A stretch of 64,000 bases of DNA from Phyllobacteriaceae bacterium (GCA_024742765.1 JANSXT010000009.1:80586-144585), one strand, 5' to 3'; positions 17,175 through 26,135 are shown, numbered from the stretch's first letter. Translations and numbers: made by a program. Notes: generated by a model from the sequence alone, not told the origin.

Positions 17175-18679
17175 TGAGCACCGTCGTCGCACCCGAAGGC
17201 GGCGCCCGGCCGACGCCGACGATCAATCCGCTTGCCTGGCGGCGCTGGTGGCTGGGGATCGACTGCAATGACCGTGTGATCGCCTGGGCCCAGACGCTGA
17301 CCGGGCAGGCGATGATCCATGTCATCCTTCTGACCTGTCTGGCGCTGATGCCGGTCATTCGCCTCAACCATGTGGCGCTGATCGCGGTGTCGCTCTTTCT
17401 GTGCTGGGTTTTTCCGCACCGGCGTATGATGGTCGTCGCCTTGATGGGCACGACCTACTTCCTGCTGCGGCCGTTCAAGCACGGCCAGCTCTACGACTAT
17501 TTCGACCAGACACCGCTGGCGGGCATGACCGCATGGGCAAGCCTTCCGGCCGACCTGCTGCTGCTGCCGTTCGGCCTGGTCTTCCTCGTCTTTGCGTTCG
17601 CGATGATGTGGAACCACACACACAAGCGCGTGCGGTTCGTCAGCGATTACCCGCTATTGTCCATGACGGGGCTTGGCGTCCTTCTGACGTCGCTGACGGT
17701 GATGATGCCGCAGAACCAGTTCGTGTTCCTTCCGGCCTGGCTGGCGCTGTCCTATCTGACGTCGACCTTCTTCTTCCTGGGCTATGTGCTGATCGACATG
17801 CGGAGCAAGACGCCGCTGCCGCTTTCGCTGCGGCTGGGGTTCATGCGGCCGTTCTGGGCCGGGTTCTTCACGCCGATCAAGGGCCCCGCCTATTTCGTCA
17901 AATTCGAAGCGAACTCGGACCGCGACCTGGCCGTCTCTCGACTGAAGGGACTCAAGCTCATCGTCTGGGCGTCGATCCTGTTCTTCATCTGGGAGTGGGG
18001 CTTCCAACGGCTGATCTACGGCCATCTGGCCTTTCCCAAACTGGATGTGCTGATCGCGGCGGTTGCCGCTGGCGATACGGTCTATCTGGGCATGCGCTGG
18101 GCCGCCGTCGGCGTCGACTTCATGGCCATGGTGATCATGATGGGTGCTGCCATGCATGCCATTGTCGCAGCGGTCCGGGTCGCCGGTTTTGCCATTCCGC
18201 GCGGCATGGTGCGGCCGCTCGCCTCGCGCACGATCGCCGAGTTCTGGGGCCGGTATCTGTTCTATTTCAAGGAGATGCTGGTCGACTTCTTCTTCTATCC
18301 GGCGTTCCGCCGCTACTTCAAGAACAGTCCGCGCCTGCGGATGGCATTTGCGACCTTCTGTGCCGCCTTCATCGGCAACGTCTTTTTCGACTTCTTCCAT
18401 GCCTTGCCGCTGATCGCCATTTCCGACAGCCAGGTCATCTGGCAGGGCTTTGTGTCCTACTGCGTCTATGCGGGCATCCTGACCGCCGGCATCATCTGGT
18501 CGCAACAGTTCCAGCGGGCGCCGAAGCCAGAGCATGGCTGGTTCCGCTACAATGTGCTGCCGCGCATGCAGGTGATCGTCTTCTTTGCCCTTTTGCAGGT
18601 CGTCGACGATTCACTGGCGGTCGTGCCGATCGGCGAACGGCTTTCCTACCTCATCGGTCTTTTTGGAGTATCGGTATGA
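17174..18679 (+). CDS. MBOAT-family membrane protein, DltB/AlgI-like
   Basis: Polytopic, 501 aa. GFAIPRGMVRPLASRTIAEFWGRYLFYFKEMLVDFFFYP aligns residue-for-residue, from my memory of the sequence, with B. subtilis DltB GF..P.NF..PF.S..I.DFW.RWH.S.S.W.RDY. FFDFFHALP aligns with GVWHGLAP exactly 47 residues later. TGATG overlap with the upstream gene. Confidence 0.75.
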   Translation: MSTVVAPEGGARPTPTINPLAWRRWWLGIDCNDRVIAWAQTLTGQAMIHVILLTCLALMPVIRLNHVALIAVSLFLCWVFPHRRMMVVALMGTTYFLLRPFKHGQLYDYFDQTPLAGMTAWASLPADLLLLPFGLVFLVFAFAMMWNHTHKRVRFVSDYPLLSMTGLGVLLTSLTVMMPQNQFVFLPAWLALSYLTSTFFFLGYVLIDMRSKTPLPLSLRLGFMRPFWAGFFTPIKGPAYFVKFEANSDRDLAVSRLKGLKLIVWASILFFIWEWGFQRLIYGHLAFPKLDVLIAAVAAGDTVYLGMRWAAVGVDFMAMVIMMGAAMHAIVAAVRVAGFAIPRGMVRPLASRTIAEFWGRYLFYFKEMLVDFFFYPAFRRYFKNSPRLRMAFATFCAAFIGNVFFDFFHALPLIAISDSQVIWQGFVSYCVYAGILTAGIIWSQQFQRAPKPEHGWFRYNVLPRMQVIVFFALLQVVDDSLAVVPIGERLSYLIGLFGVSV

Positions 18680-18924
18680 ACAGCGAGAAACTGAACGCAC
18701 TGCGCCAATCGATCAGCGAGATGCTGGTCAATCGCGGACTGCCTGCCGAATTCGACGATGGCGACTCGCTGTTCGACAGCGGTCGTCTGGACTCGATGTC
18801 CGCAGTCAACCTGCTGATGGAGCTCGAAGCGCAATTCGACCTGGACCTCAGCGACCCGGACTTCGATGTGTCCCGGATCGACACGTTCACCGAGATCAGG
18901 GACATGCTCAAGCAGGCAGCCTGA
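18676..18924 (+). CDS. Small carrier protein, DltC/ACP-like (82 aa)
   Basis: Read from the tail of track ORF 17401..18924. MNSEKLNALRQSISEML...DSLFDSGRLDSMSAVNLLMELEAQFD carries the LDS phosphopantetheine-attachment serine (Ser40, nt 18793-18795). ATGA overlap with the MBOAT gene stop. Confidence 0.8.
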   Translation: MNSEKLNALRQSISEMLVNRGLPAEFDDGDSLFDSGRLDSMSAVNLLMELEAQFDLDLSDPDFDVSRIDTFTEIRDMLKQAA

Positions 18925-19345
18925 GCGCCAGACGCTCGCGCGCATGATCGCGATGGCCATGCTGGCGGTGCGCGCAGCATGGATTGGCCGTCGCCGACTT
19001 CAGAAATCTCGTCGTCCTTTGTAGTAATGGCGGTGACCGCCGCACCCAGGCCCACCCCGCACAGACCGCATCGCTCCGCCGGTCCGGCCTGTCATGACCG
19101 TCATTTGCGTCTTGCTCCGGCCGGTGGTTTCGTGCCCCATGGCGCCGAAACGTCGGGTGGTCGCTCCCATTGATCTGCGTTGATGGTTACAAAAGGACGG
19201 CGGATAAGTGCCGCTCAAGCGCACGATGCCCGGCATCGGCATGAGGCATGGACCGTATCATCGCTCTTCCGGGTTCCGGCCGGGGGCCGAGGCGTGCCGC
19301 CAGAACCGGCCGACATGGCCGGAACCGGAATGCGGTGTTTTATTT

Positions 19346-19368
19346 ATCGACCGGTCGGTGAATGAATT
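19346..19368. promoter_or_regulatory. Orphan PaaR-type box ATCGACCGGTCGGTGAATGAATT
   Basis: 19 of 21 nt match the box in the paaG/pcaB divergent region (43828-43848). About 19 of 23 nt match the box upstream of paaA (34815-34837). The core is ACCG-NN-CG-NN-CGGT with one mismatch. Confidence 0.4.
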
Positions 19369-19528
19369 GCAATTGTCGTCCGATCATGCTTTCGTTCGCC
19401 TCGCGCCGTCTCCGAAGCGCCAGGGGAGATGGTGGCGTTGCGCAGACGGATCCTTCCCGGAAAGGGCGCGCGGACCGCGCTCCCGGTCGGGGGCCGTCAT
19501 CGGCATCAAAATGGGGCTGGCGCTGTGA

Positions 19529-19561
19529 TGCATTATATATCATAATTGGCATTATATTGCC
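19529..19561. promoter_or_regulatory. Degenerate BoxR-type TGCA-repeat operator overlapping an AT-rich promoter-like stretch upstream of dctP
   Basis: TGCATTATATATCA and GGCATTATATTGCC form a direct repeat of GCATTATAT. CATAAT is a possible -10 element. The site lies 45-75 nt upstream of ATG 19604. Confidence 0.35.
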
Positions 19562-19603
19562 TAGGCGATCATTCGCCTCGAGTGTCTGAAAGGGAGGAAC
19601 CAT

Positions 19604-20653
19604 ATGACAACTCGCAGAACTCTACTCGGACTTGCCGCCGGTGTGACGGCGGCGGCGATGCTGGCCGTTTCGGCGCCCGCGGCGCTGGCACAGGAGGTCA
19701 CGCTGCGCCTGCACCAGTTCCTGCCGGCGCAAGCCAATGTGCCCAAGCTGGTGCTCGATGTGTGGGCCGACAATGTGGAAGAAGCTTCCGAAGGCCGAAT
19801 CAAGGTCGAGCGCTTTCCGTCGATGCAGCTTGGCGGCACGCCGCCCGAACTGATCGACCAGGCGATTGACGGCATTGCCGACGTCATCTGGACCGTGGTC
19901 GGCTATACGCCGGGCCGCTTCCCCTCGACCGAAGTGTTCGAACTTCCCTTCATGGTGTCCGATGCCCGTGCTGCATCAAGCGCCTACTGGCAGATGTTTG
20001 AAGAACACATGAAGGATGGCGAATTCGCCGATGTGCACATTCTGGGCACATGGGTGCATGGTCCCGGCATGATCCATGCCAACAAGGAAGTGACATCGCC
20101 TGACGACATGCAGGGCCTGCGCATTCGCGGCGCGACGCGCCAGGTCAATGCGCTGCTCGAACAGCTCGGCGCGACCCCTGTCGGCATGCCGGTCCCGGCG
20201 GTGTCGGAAGCGCTCTCCAAGGGCGTGATCGACGGCACGACGATCCCCTGGGAAGTGACGGCCGCGCTCAAAGTGTCCGAACTGGTCGACAACCACACCG
20301 AGTTCGAGGGATCGCACCTTTACAATGTGACCTTCGTTCTGGCGATGAACAAGGACCGCTATGAGAGCCTTCCGGACGATCTCAAAGCGGTGATCGACGA
20401 AAATTCCGGTCATGACTTCTCGGTCTTTGCCGGCGGCACGCAGTCGGATGCTGACGGCCCGTCGCGGCAGATCGCCGTTGATCTGGGCAACAACATCGTC
20501 ACCGTGTCCGAGGAAGAGGTCGCTGTCTGGCGCGAACGCTCCCAGCCGATCTACGATGCCTGGGTCGCCGAAATGAACGAGAAGGGCATTGACGGCCAGG
20601 CGCTGATCGATCAGGCGATCGAACTGATGGATGCCTACGACGGCGGCAACTGA
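19604..20653 (+). CDS. dctP: TRAP transporter solute-binding protein (DctP family)
   Basis: Tat/Sec-like signal MTTRRTLLGLAAGVTAAAMLAVSAPAALA. DctP-type core (LRLHQFLPA..., YTPGRFPSTEVFELPFMV). AGGGAGG RBS. Confidence 0.9.
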   Translation: MTTRRTLLGLAAGVTAAAMLAVSAPAALAQEVTLRLHQFLPAQANVPKLVLDVWADNVEEASEGRIKVERFPSMQLGGTPPELIDQAIDGIADVIWTVVGYTPGRFPSTEVFELPFMVSDARAASSAYWQMFEEHMKDGEFADVHILGTWVHGPGMIHANKEVTSPDDMQGLRIRGATRQVNALLEQLGATPVGMPVPAVSEALSKGVIDGTTIPWEVTAALKVSELVDNHTEFEGSHLYNVTFVLAMNKDRYESLPDDLKAVIDENSGHDFSVFAGGTQSDADGPSRQIAVDLGNNIVTVSEEEVAVWRERSQPIYDAWVAEMNEKGIDGQALIDQAIELMDAYDGGN

Positions 20654-20729
20654 CGCCTTTCGGTTCGACGCCGCGGCGGGCTAGAACCCGCCGCGGCACG
20701 CACGTTTGCCGTCAGGGGGGCATTCGTTC

Positions 20730-21314
20730 ATGTATCGCTTCTTTTTCGGCATTTCCCGCCTGATGGCGGTGGTCGGCGGCTTTGTGCTCTCGGCGCTGAT
20801 CGTCATGGTCTGCGTGTCGATCATCGGCCGTTCGCTGAACGGTTTCCTGCATGCCGACATGGTGCAGGCGATTGTCCCCGGCCTTGCCAACTGGCTGCTC
20901 GAGTTGGGGATCGGGCCGGTCAATGGCGATTTCGAACTGGTCGAGGCGGGCATCGCGTTCGCCATCTTCGCCTTTCTTCCCTACTGCCAGATCACCTCGG
21001 GCCATGCGACGGTGGCCATCTTCACGGACTGGCTGCCCGAGCGCCCGCAGCAATTCCTGCGCATGGTAATCGAGATCCTGTTCGCCGTGGTTCTGGTCGT
21101 CATCGCCGTCCAGCTCAAGGAGGGCATGGACAGCCGCATCCGCTCCGGCCAGACGACGTTTCTTTTGCAATTCCCGATCTGGTGGGCCTATGCGCTCAGC
21201 CTGGCGGGCGCGGCCATCGCGGCTTGCGTTGCGGTCTATATGGCCATCGTGCGCTCGGTTGAGGCATTCACCGGTTCGGTCCTGATCGCCGACGATCTGG
21301 GAGCCGAGCATTGA
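20730..21314 (+). CDS. dctQ: TRAP transporter small permease (DctQ family)
   Basis: ORF 20706..21314 trimmed to ATG 20730. It has four hydrophobic segments and sits between dctP and dctM. Confidence 0.8.
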   Translation: MYRFFFGISRLMAVVGGFVLSALIVMVCVSIIGRSLNGFLHADMVQAIVPGLANWLLELGIGPVNGDFELVEAGIAFAIFAFLPYCQITSGHATVAIFTDWLPERPQQFLRMVIEILFAVVLVVIAVQLKEGMDSRIRSGQTTFLLQFPIWWAYALSLAGAAIAACVAVYMAIVRSVEAFTGSVLIADDLGAEH

Positions 21315-22624
21315 CGAATTTCGAGATCGGGCTTCTTTCCTTTCCGGCGCTTTTGCTGCTGATCTTCCTGCGCGTGCCGATCGGCCTTGCCATGTTCACC
21401 ACCGGCTTTGTCGGCCTGTGGCTGACCAATGGCAGCGCCTTCATGGCGATGGCGCGCCTGAAGACCGAGACCTTCACCACCTTTTCCAGCTACTCGCTGT
21501 CGATCGTGCCGATGTTCCTGCTGATGGGCTGTTTTGCGACGCTCGGGGGCATGTCGCAGGCGCTGTTCAAGGCGGCCGAAGCCTGGATCGGGCACAAGAA
21601 GGGCGGCATCGCCATGGCGGCGATCGGAGCCTGCGCGGGTTTCGGCGCGATCTGCGGCTCGTCGCTTGCGACGGCGGCGACCATGGGCCGGGTCGCGCTG
21701 CCCGAACTGCGCCAATATGGCTATGCCGGCGGGTTTTCGACGGCAACGCTCGCTGCCGGCGGCACGCTCGGCATCCTCATTCCGCCTTCGATCGTTCTGG
21801 TGATCTACGCAATCCTGACCGAGCAGAACATCGCCAAATTGTTTCTGGCCGCCGTCATTCCCGGCCTTCTGGCGGCGGCCGGCTATGTGCTGGTGATCTC
21901 GATCTATGTGCGCCTCAATCCCGAGGCGGCCGGCGTGCGCGAGCGGGTGGGCTATGGCGAGCGTTTTCGGGCTCTGTTCAATGTCTGGCCGGTTCTGCTG
22001 GTCTTCCTGGCGGTCGTCGGCGGCATTTATGCCGGCATCTTCACGCCGACCGAAGGCGCTGCCGTCGGCGCGCTTGGCACGGGGCTCATCGCCTGGTGGA
22101 ATGGCGGGCTGACGCGGCAATCGCTGGTCAGCAGCTTTTTGTCGACGGGCCGGTCGACGGCGATGATCTTCTTCATCGTGCTCGGAGCGGGCTTCTATAA
22201 CGGGTTCCTGGCGCTGACCCAGGTGCCGCAGGAACTGTCGAACTTCGTCGTCGAGCAGGGCTTTTCGCCCTGGCTGGTGCTGGCGATCATCCTGGTCCTC
22301 TATCTGATCTTCGGCTGCGTGATGGACAGCCTGTCGATGATCCTTCTGACGATTCCCATCTTCTTTCCGGTGATCTCCAGCCTCGATTTCGGCATGACGC
22401 CCGAGCAGGTCGCCATCTGGTTCGGCATTCTTGTCCTGATCGTCGTGGAGGTGGGACTGATCACGCCGCCGGTGGGCATGAACCTTTTCATCATCAATGC
22501 GATGGATCGCGACACGCCGATTACCGCGACCTATCGGGCGGTGATGTGGTTCGTTGCCTCCGACATTGTGCGGGTGATCATCCTCGCCGCATTCCCGGCC
22601 ATCACGCTTTTCCTGATCAGCTAA
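21311..22624 (+). CDS. dctM: TRAP transporter large permease (DctM family)
   Basis: 437 aa, 12-TM-type hydrophobic profile, typical DctM composition. TTG start overlaps the dctQ stop (TTGA). Confidence 0.9.
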   Translation: MTNFEIGLLSFPALLLLIFLRVPIGLAMFTTGFVGLWLTNGSAFMAMARLKTETFTTFSSYSLSIVPMFLLMGCFATLGGMSQALFKAAEAWIGHKKGGIAMAAIGACAGFGAICGSSLATAATMGRVALPELRQYGYAGGFSTATLAAGGTLGILIPPSIVLVIYAILTEQNIAKLFLAAVIPGLLAAAGYVLVISIYVRLNPEAAGVRERVGYGERFRALFNVWPVLLVFLAVVGGIYAGIFTPTEGAAVGALGTGLIAWWNGGLTRQSLVSSFLSTGRSTAMIFFIVLGAGFYNGFLALTQVPQELSNFVVEQGFSPWLVLAIILVLYLIFGCVMDSLSMILLTIPIFFPVISSLDFGMTPEQVAIWFGILVLIVVEVGLITPPVGMNLFIINAMDRDTPITATYRAVMWFVASDIVRVIILAAFPAITLFLIS

Positions 22625-22671
22625 GGGCGCCACGCGTCGTCAGGCGAGACGCATTTGCTTGCACTGATTTA

Positions 22672-22718
22672 TGCATGAAAATGCAAAAATGGCTTGCGAT
22701 GATATGCATTATTGTGCA
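22672..22718. promoter_or_regulatory. Two perfect TGCA-N6-TGCA boxes (candidate BoxR operators) upstream of the bclA operon
   Basis: TGCATGAAAATGCA at 22672-22685 and TGCATTATTGTGCA at 22705-22718. They sit in the 130-bp AT-rich gap before the DUF4863-like gene and bclA. Confidence 0.55.
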
Positions 22719-22760
22719 TCATAGGTCCAGGCAAAGCAGTGACGATCAGGGGAGGTGTCG

Positions 22761-23231
22761 ATGCCGGCGAAGGAATTCAACGCGCTTGTGGGCAGGGTTT
22801 CGGCGGCGATCGCCGACCGCCTGCTCGATGACGGCCTTGCCGCCCATCTGAACGCGACCTTTCCCCAGGACGGGCCGGATTTCGAGCGTCTTGCGGCCTT
22901 GTGCGCCGAGGGCGAGGCGGAGGGCTGGCTGATGGCGCGCGAAGCGGGCGGCATCAAGTTCGGCCGTGCGGTCAAGCCGGGCACCGATGCGGGCCGGTTC
23001 AGCGTCGATGTGGTGCGCATGAAGGATGTGCGCGGGCCGCACCATGTGCACACAAGCGGCGAGATTGGCGCGGTGCTGCCGATCGAAGGGGCGCCGAAGT
23101 TCGATGATTTCGATGCGGGCTGGTATGTTTATCCGCCCGGCAGCGATCATCATCCGACCGTCAGCGGCGGCGACGCCTATGTGGTTTACTGGCTGCCGGA
23201 CGGCGCCATCGAGTTCACCGGCAAACAATAA
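22761..23231 (+). CDS. Conserved hypothetical protein, cupin-like (resembles the DUF4863 family)
   Basis: ORF 22755..23231 trimmed to ATG 22761 (GGGGAGG 5 nt upstream). Contains VRGPHHVHTSGEIGAVLPIEG...GWYVYPPGSDHHPTV, a His-rich cupin-like core. Confidence 0.7.
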   Translation: MPAKEFNALVGRVSAAIADRLLDDGLAAHLNATFPQDGPDFERLAALCAEGEAEGWLMAREAGGIKFGRAVKPGTDAGRFSVDVVRMKDVRGPHHVHTSGEIGAVLPIEGAPKFDDFDAGWYVYPPGSDHHPTVSGGDAYVVYWLPDGAIEFTGKQ

Positions 23232-23272
23232 GCCGGACCAAGAAGACGATCATCGGGCAAGGAGGAAGCGCG

Positions 23273-24826
23273 ATGTCAGCCAAAACGGATATCGCTAACG
23301 GCAATGCTGCCGTCTGGTTCGTCGACCGCCATGCCGGCGAGGGGCGGGGCGATGGGGTTGCGTTCAAGGAGGCCTTTGGCGGCCAGAGACAGATCAGCTA
23401 TGGCGCGCTTTCGGACGAGACTGCCCGGTTCGCCGGCGCCTGTCGCCGTGCCGGCCTGCGGCGCGAGGAGCGCGCCATCATGCTGGTACTCGACCAGGTC
23501 GAGTTTCCTGTGATTTTCTGGGGTGCGCTGAAGGCGGGCATCGTGCCGATCCCGCTCAACACGCTCCTGTCGACATCGGTCTATGACGCGATCTTCCACG
23601 ACAGCCGCGCGTCAGCCCTTTTCGTCTCCCAGGAACTTTATGAGACGATCGCGCCGGCGCTGCCGCTCAACCCGTTCATCCGCGAGGTGATCGTCATCGG
23701 TGACGAGGCGCCCGAAGGCGCGCGGAGCTTCGCCGATTTCATGGAAGATTCCGAACCGGCCGATCCGGTCGAGGTCTGCGATGACGAGATCGCCTTCTGG
23801 CTCTATTCGTCGGGCTCGACCGGCCAGCCCAAGGGCGTTCGGCATGTTCATTCGAGCCTGAAGGCGACCGCCGACACTTATGGCGCGCAGGTGCTCGGCG
23901 TTCGCGGCGACGACACTGTCTATTCGGTAGCCAAACTGTTCTTCGCCTATGGCCTGGGCAACGGTATGACCTTTCCGATGGCCGTCGGCGCCACGACGCT
24001 GCTCTTCAACGGAAGGCCGACGCCCGACAGCGTGTCGCAAATCCTTGCCGACCAGAAGCCGACCGTTTTTTGCGGTGTGCCGACGCTCTATGCGGCGCTC
24101 GTGCACAAGTGGGAGAGCGAGGGCGCCCATCCCGACGCACCGCTCAGAACCTGCATTTCGGCGGGCGAAGCGCTGCCCGAGGAGGTCGGTCGCAAATGGC
24201 AGGCGATCTGGGACGTCGACATCATGGACGGCGTCGGCTCAACCGAGATGCTGCATATTTTCCTCTCCAACCGCCCCGGCGACGTGGTCTACGGCACGTC
24301 GGGCGTGCCGGTGCCGGGCTATGAGGTGCGGCTCGTTGATGAGGCAGGCGCGGATGTCGGCGTCGGGGAGGTGGGCGAACTGCTCGTGCGCGGCGCGTCG
24401 GCGGCGGACGGCTACTGGAACCAGCGTAACAAGAGCCGCGCGACCTTCGAGGGCCACTGGACCCGAACCGGCGACAAGTATGAACTGACCGACACCGGGC
24501 GCTATGTCTATTGCGGGCGCACCGACGACATGTTCAAGGTTTCGGGCATCTGGGTCTCGCCGTTCGAGGTGGAGCAGGCGCTGGTCTCGCATCCGGCGGT
24601 GCTGGAAGCGGCGGTGGTCGCCAGGCGCGATGATGACGGGCTCGAAAAGCCCAAGGCCTTCCTGGTGCTCAAGCCCGGCCAGGTGGCTGACCCTGACGCG
24701 CTCAAGGCCTTCGTCCAGGACAAGATTGGCAAGTGGAAATATCCGCGCTGGGTCGAGATCGTCGATGATCTGCCGAAGACCGCGACCGGCAAGATCCAGC
24801 GCTTCAAGCTCAGGGAGACTGCATGA
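23273..24826 (+). CDS. bclA: Benzoate--CoA ligase
   Basis: AMP-binding motifs WLYSSGSTGQPKGV, YRTGD-like TRTGDKY and KTATGKIQRFKLRE. The overall N-terminus (VWFVDRHAGEGRGDGVAF) resembles benzoate-CoA ligases. Its context next to boxABC supports the call. Confidence 0.9.
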   Translation: MSAKTDIANGNAAVWFVDRHAGEGRGDGVAFKEAFGGQRQISYGALSDETARFAGACRRAGLRREERAIMLVLDQVEFPVIFWGALKAGIVPIPLNTLLSTSVYDAIFHDSRASALFVSQELYETIAPALPLNPFIREVIVIGDEAPEGARSFADFMEDSEPADPVEVCDDEIAFWLYSSGSTGQPKGVRHVHSSLKATADTYGAQVLGVRGDDTVYSVAKLFFAYGLGNGMTFPMAVGATTLLFNGRPTPDSVSQILADQKPTVFCGVPTLYAALVHKWESEGAHPDAPLRTCISAGEALPEEVGRKWQAIWDVDIMDGVGSTEMLHIFLSNRPGDVVYGTSGVPVPGYEVRLVDEAGADVGVGEVGELLVRGASAADGYWNQRNKSRATFEGHWTRTGDKYELTDTGRYVYCGRTDDMFKVSGIWVSPFEVEQALVSHPAVLEAAVVARRDDDGLEKPKAFLVLKPGQVADPDALKAFVQDKIGKWKYPRWVEIVDDLPKTATGKIQRFKLRETA

Positions 24827-25641
24827 TGGCTGATTGGAAGGCGGAAGGCACTCTTGAAGCCGGCGGCAAGAGGCTCGAATATCGCTGCTTCGGACCGGCG
24901 CCATTGGATGCGCCGACCATCGTGATGCTGCATGAGGGGCTTGGCAGCGCCGGCCTGTGGCGCGATTTTCCTCAAAAGGTCGCCGAGGCGACGGGCATGG
25001 GCGTGTGCGCCTATTCGCGCGCCGGCTATGGCCAGTCGGACCCGGCCGATCTGCCGCGCCCGCTCAACTATATGACGCATGAAGCGGTCGATGTGCTGCC
25101 AGACGTGCTCGATCAGATCGGTTTTGAGCGCGGCATCCTGCTGGGCCATTCGGACGGGGCGACGATCGCCGCCATTCATGCGGGCAGCGTTGCGGATTAC
25201 CGGGTGCGCGGCATCATTTTGATGGCGCCGCATTTCTTCACCGAGGCGATGGGGCTGGCGGAGATCGCGAAGGCGAGACGAGCCTTCGATGAAGACGATC
25301 TGCGCGACCGGATGGCCAAACACCATCACGATCCCGATCATACGTTCCGCGGCTGGAACGATGCATGGCTCGATCCGGCGTTTGCGCGCTGGAATGTCGC
25401 CGAGGTGATCGATTATTGGCGAATCCCGGCGCTGGCGATCCAGGGCCGGCAGGACCAGTATGGCACGCTGGCCCAGATCGAAGAGATGGAAAGCCGCGCC
25501 TATTCGCCGGTGGACGTGGCGATCCTCGACGATTGCCGCCATGCGCCGCACCAGGACCAACCCGAAAGGACGCTCGCGGCGATCGCGGAGTTCGCCGAAC
25601 GGCTCGGGCGGATCGAAGCGGCGGAGGTCGAGGCCGCCTGA
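24823..25641 (+). CDS. Alpha/beta-fold hydrolase (esterase/lactonase-like) of the box cluster
   Basis: HEGLGSAGLW oxyanion region, nucleophile elbow GHSDGA, C-terminal CRHAPH. ATGA overlap with the bclA stop. Confidence 0.85.
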   Translation: MMADWKAEGTLEAGGKRLEYRCFGPAPLDAPTIVMLHEGLGSAGLWRDFPQKVAEATGMGVCAYSRAGYGQSDPADLPRPLNYMTHEAVDVLPDVLDQIGFERGILLGHSDGATIAAIHAGSVADYRVRGIILMAPHFFTEAMGLAEIAKARRAFDEDDLRDRMAKHHHDPDHTFRGWNDAWLDPAFARWNVAEVIDYWRIPALAIQGRQDQYGTLAQIEEMESRAYSPVDVAILDDCRHAPHQDQPERTLAAIAEFAERLGRIEAAEVEAA

Positions 25642-26102
25642 TGCGGGCATCGGTCCCGCTGCCGCCTTACGCGCATGTGCCGGGCCGGAACGCCCGGCAT
25701 GAAGAAGGGCGGTGGGACGATGTGCGGGCGACGGCCGAGCCGGGCATGGGCGCTGAGGCGCTGGCCGCGTCACCGGCCTTCATTGCCGGCATGGATTTCT
25801 TCGAGAACGGATTCTTCTGGGAGGCGCATGAGGTGTGGGAGGCGGTGTGGATGGCCTGTCCGCCGAACTCGGCCGAACATCGGTTCGTTCAGGCGCTGAT
25901 CCAGTTGGCCAATGCCGAGCTGAAGCTGGCGATGGAAAAACCCAAGGCCGCCACGCGGCTGTGCGCGATCGCCGAAGCGCTTCTGTCGGAAGCGGCACGC
26001 GGCGGACACGATCAGGTGCTCGGCGTCGGCGTTCCGTGGCTGGAGGGCGCCATTGGCCAATGTCGCCATCGCGCCGAGCGATTGGCTGATAGTGCAATAT
26101 AA
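25641..26102 (+). CDS. DUF309-like protein
   Basis: Tail of track ORF 25365..26102 from ATG 25641 (TGATG overlap with the hydrolase stop). GFFWEAHEVWEAVW...RFVQALIQLANAELK matches my memory of the DUF309 signature. Confidence 0.7.
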   Translation: MRASVPLPPYAHVPGRNARHEEGRWDDVRATAEPGMGAEALAASPAFIAGMDFFENGFFWEAHEVWEAVWMACPPNSAEHRFVQALIQLANAELKLAMEKPKAATRLCAIAEALLSEAARGGHDQVLGVGVPWLEGAIGQCRHRAERLADSAI

Positions 26103-26135
26103 TACATACATAGCATTATCTCGCGCCAAAATATT

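Noticed and set aside
18979-19603. Short ORFs inside the 679-bp spacer (18979..19173, 19000..19242, 19208..19528, 19340..19603 and others)
   Set aside because: They are Arg/Pro/Gly-rich and mutually overlapping, with no RBS and no recognisable domain. I treated the region as non-coding or possibly degenerate.
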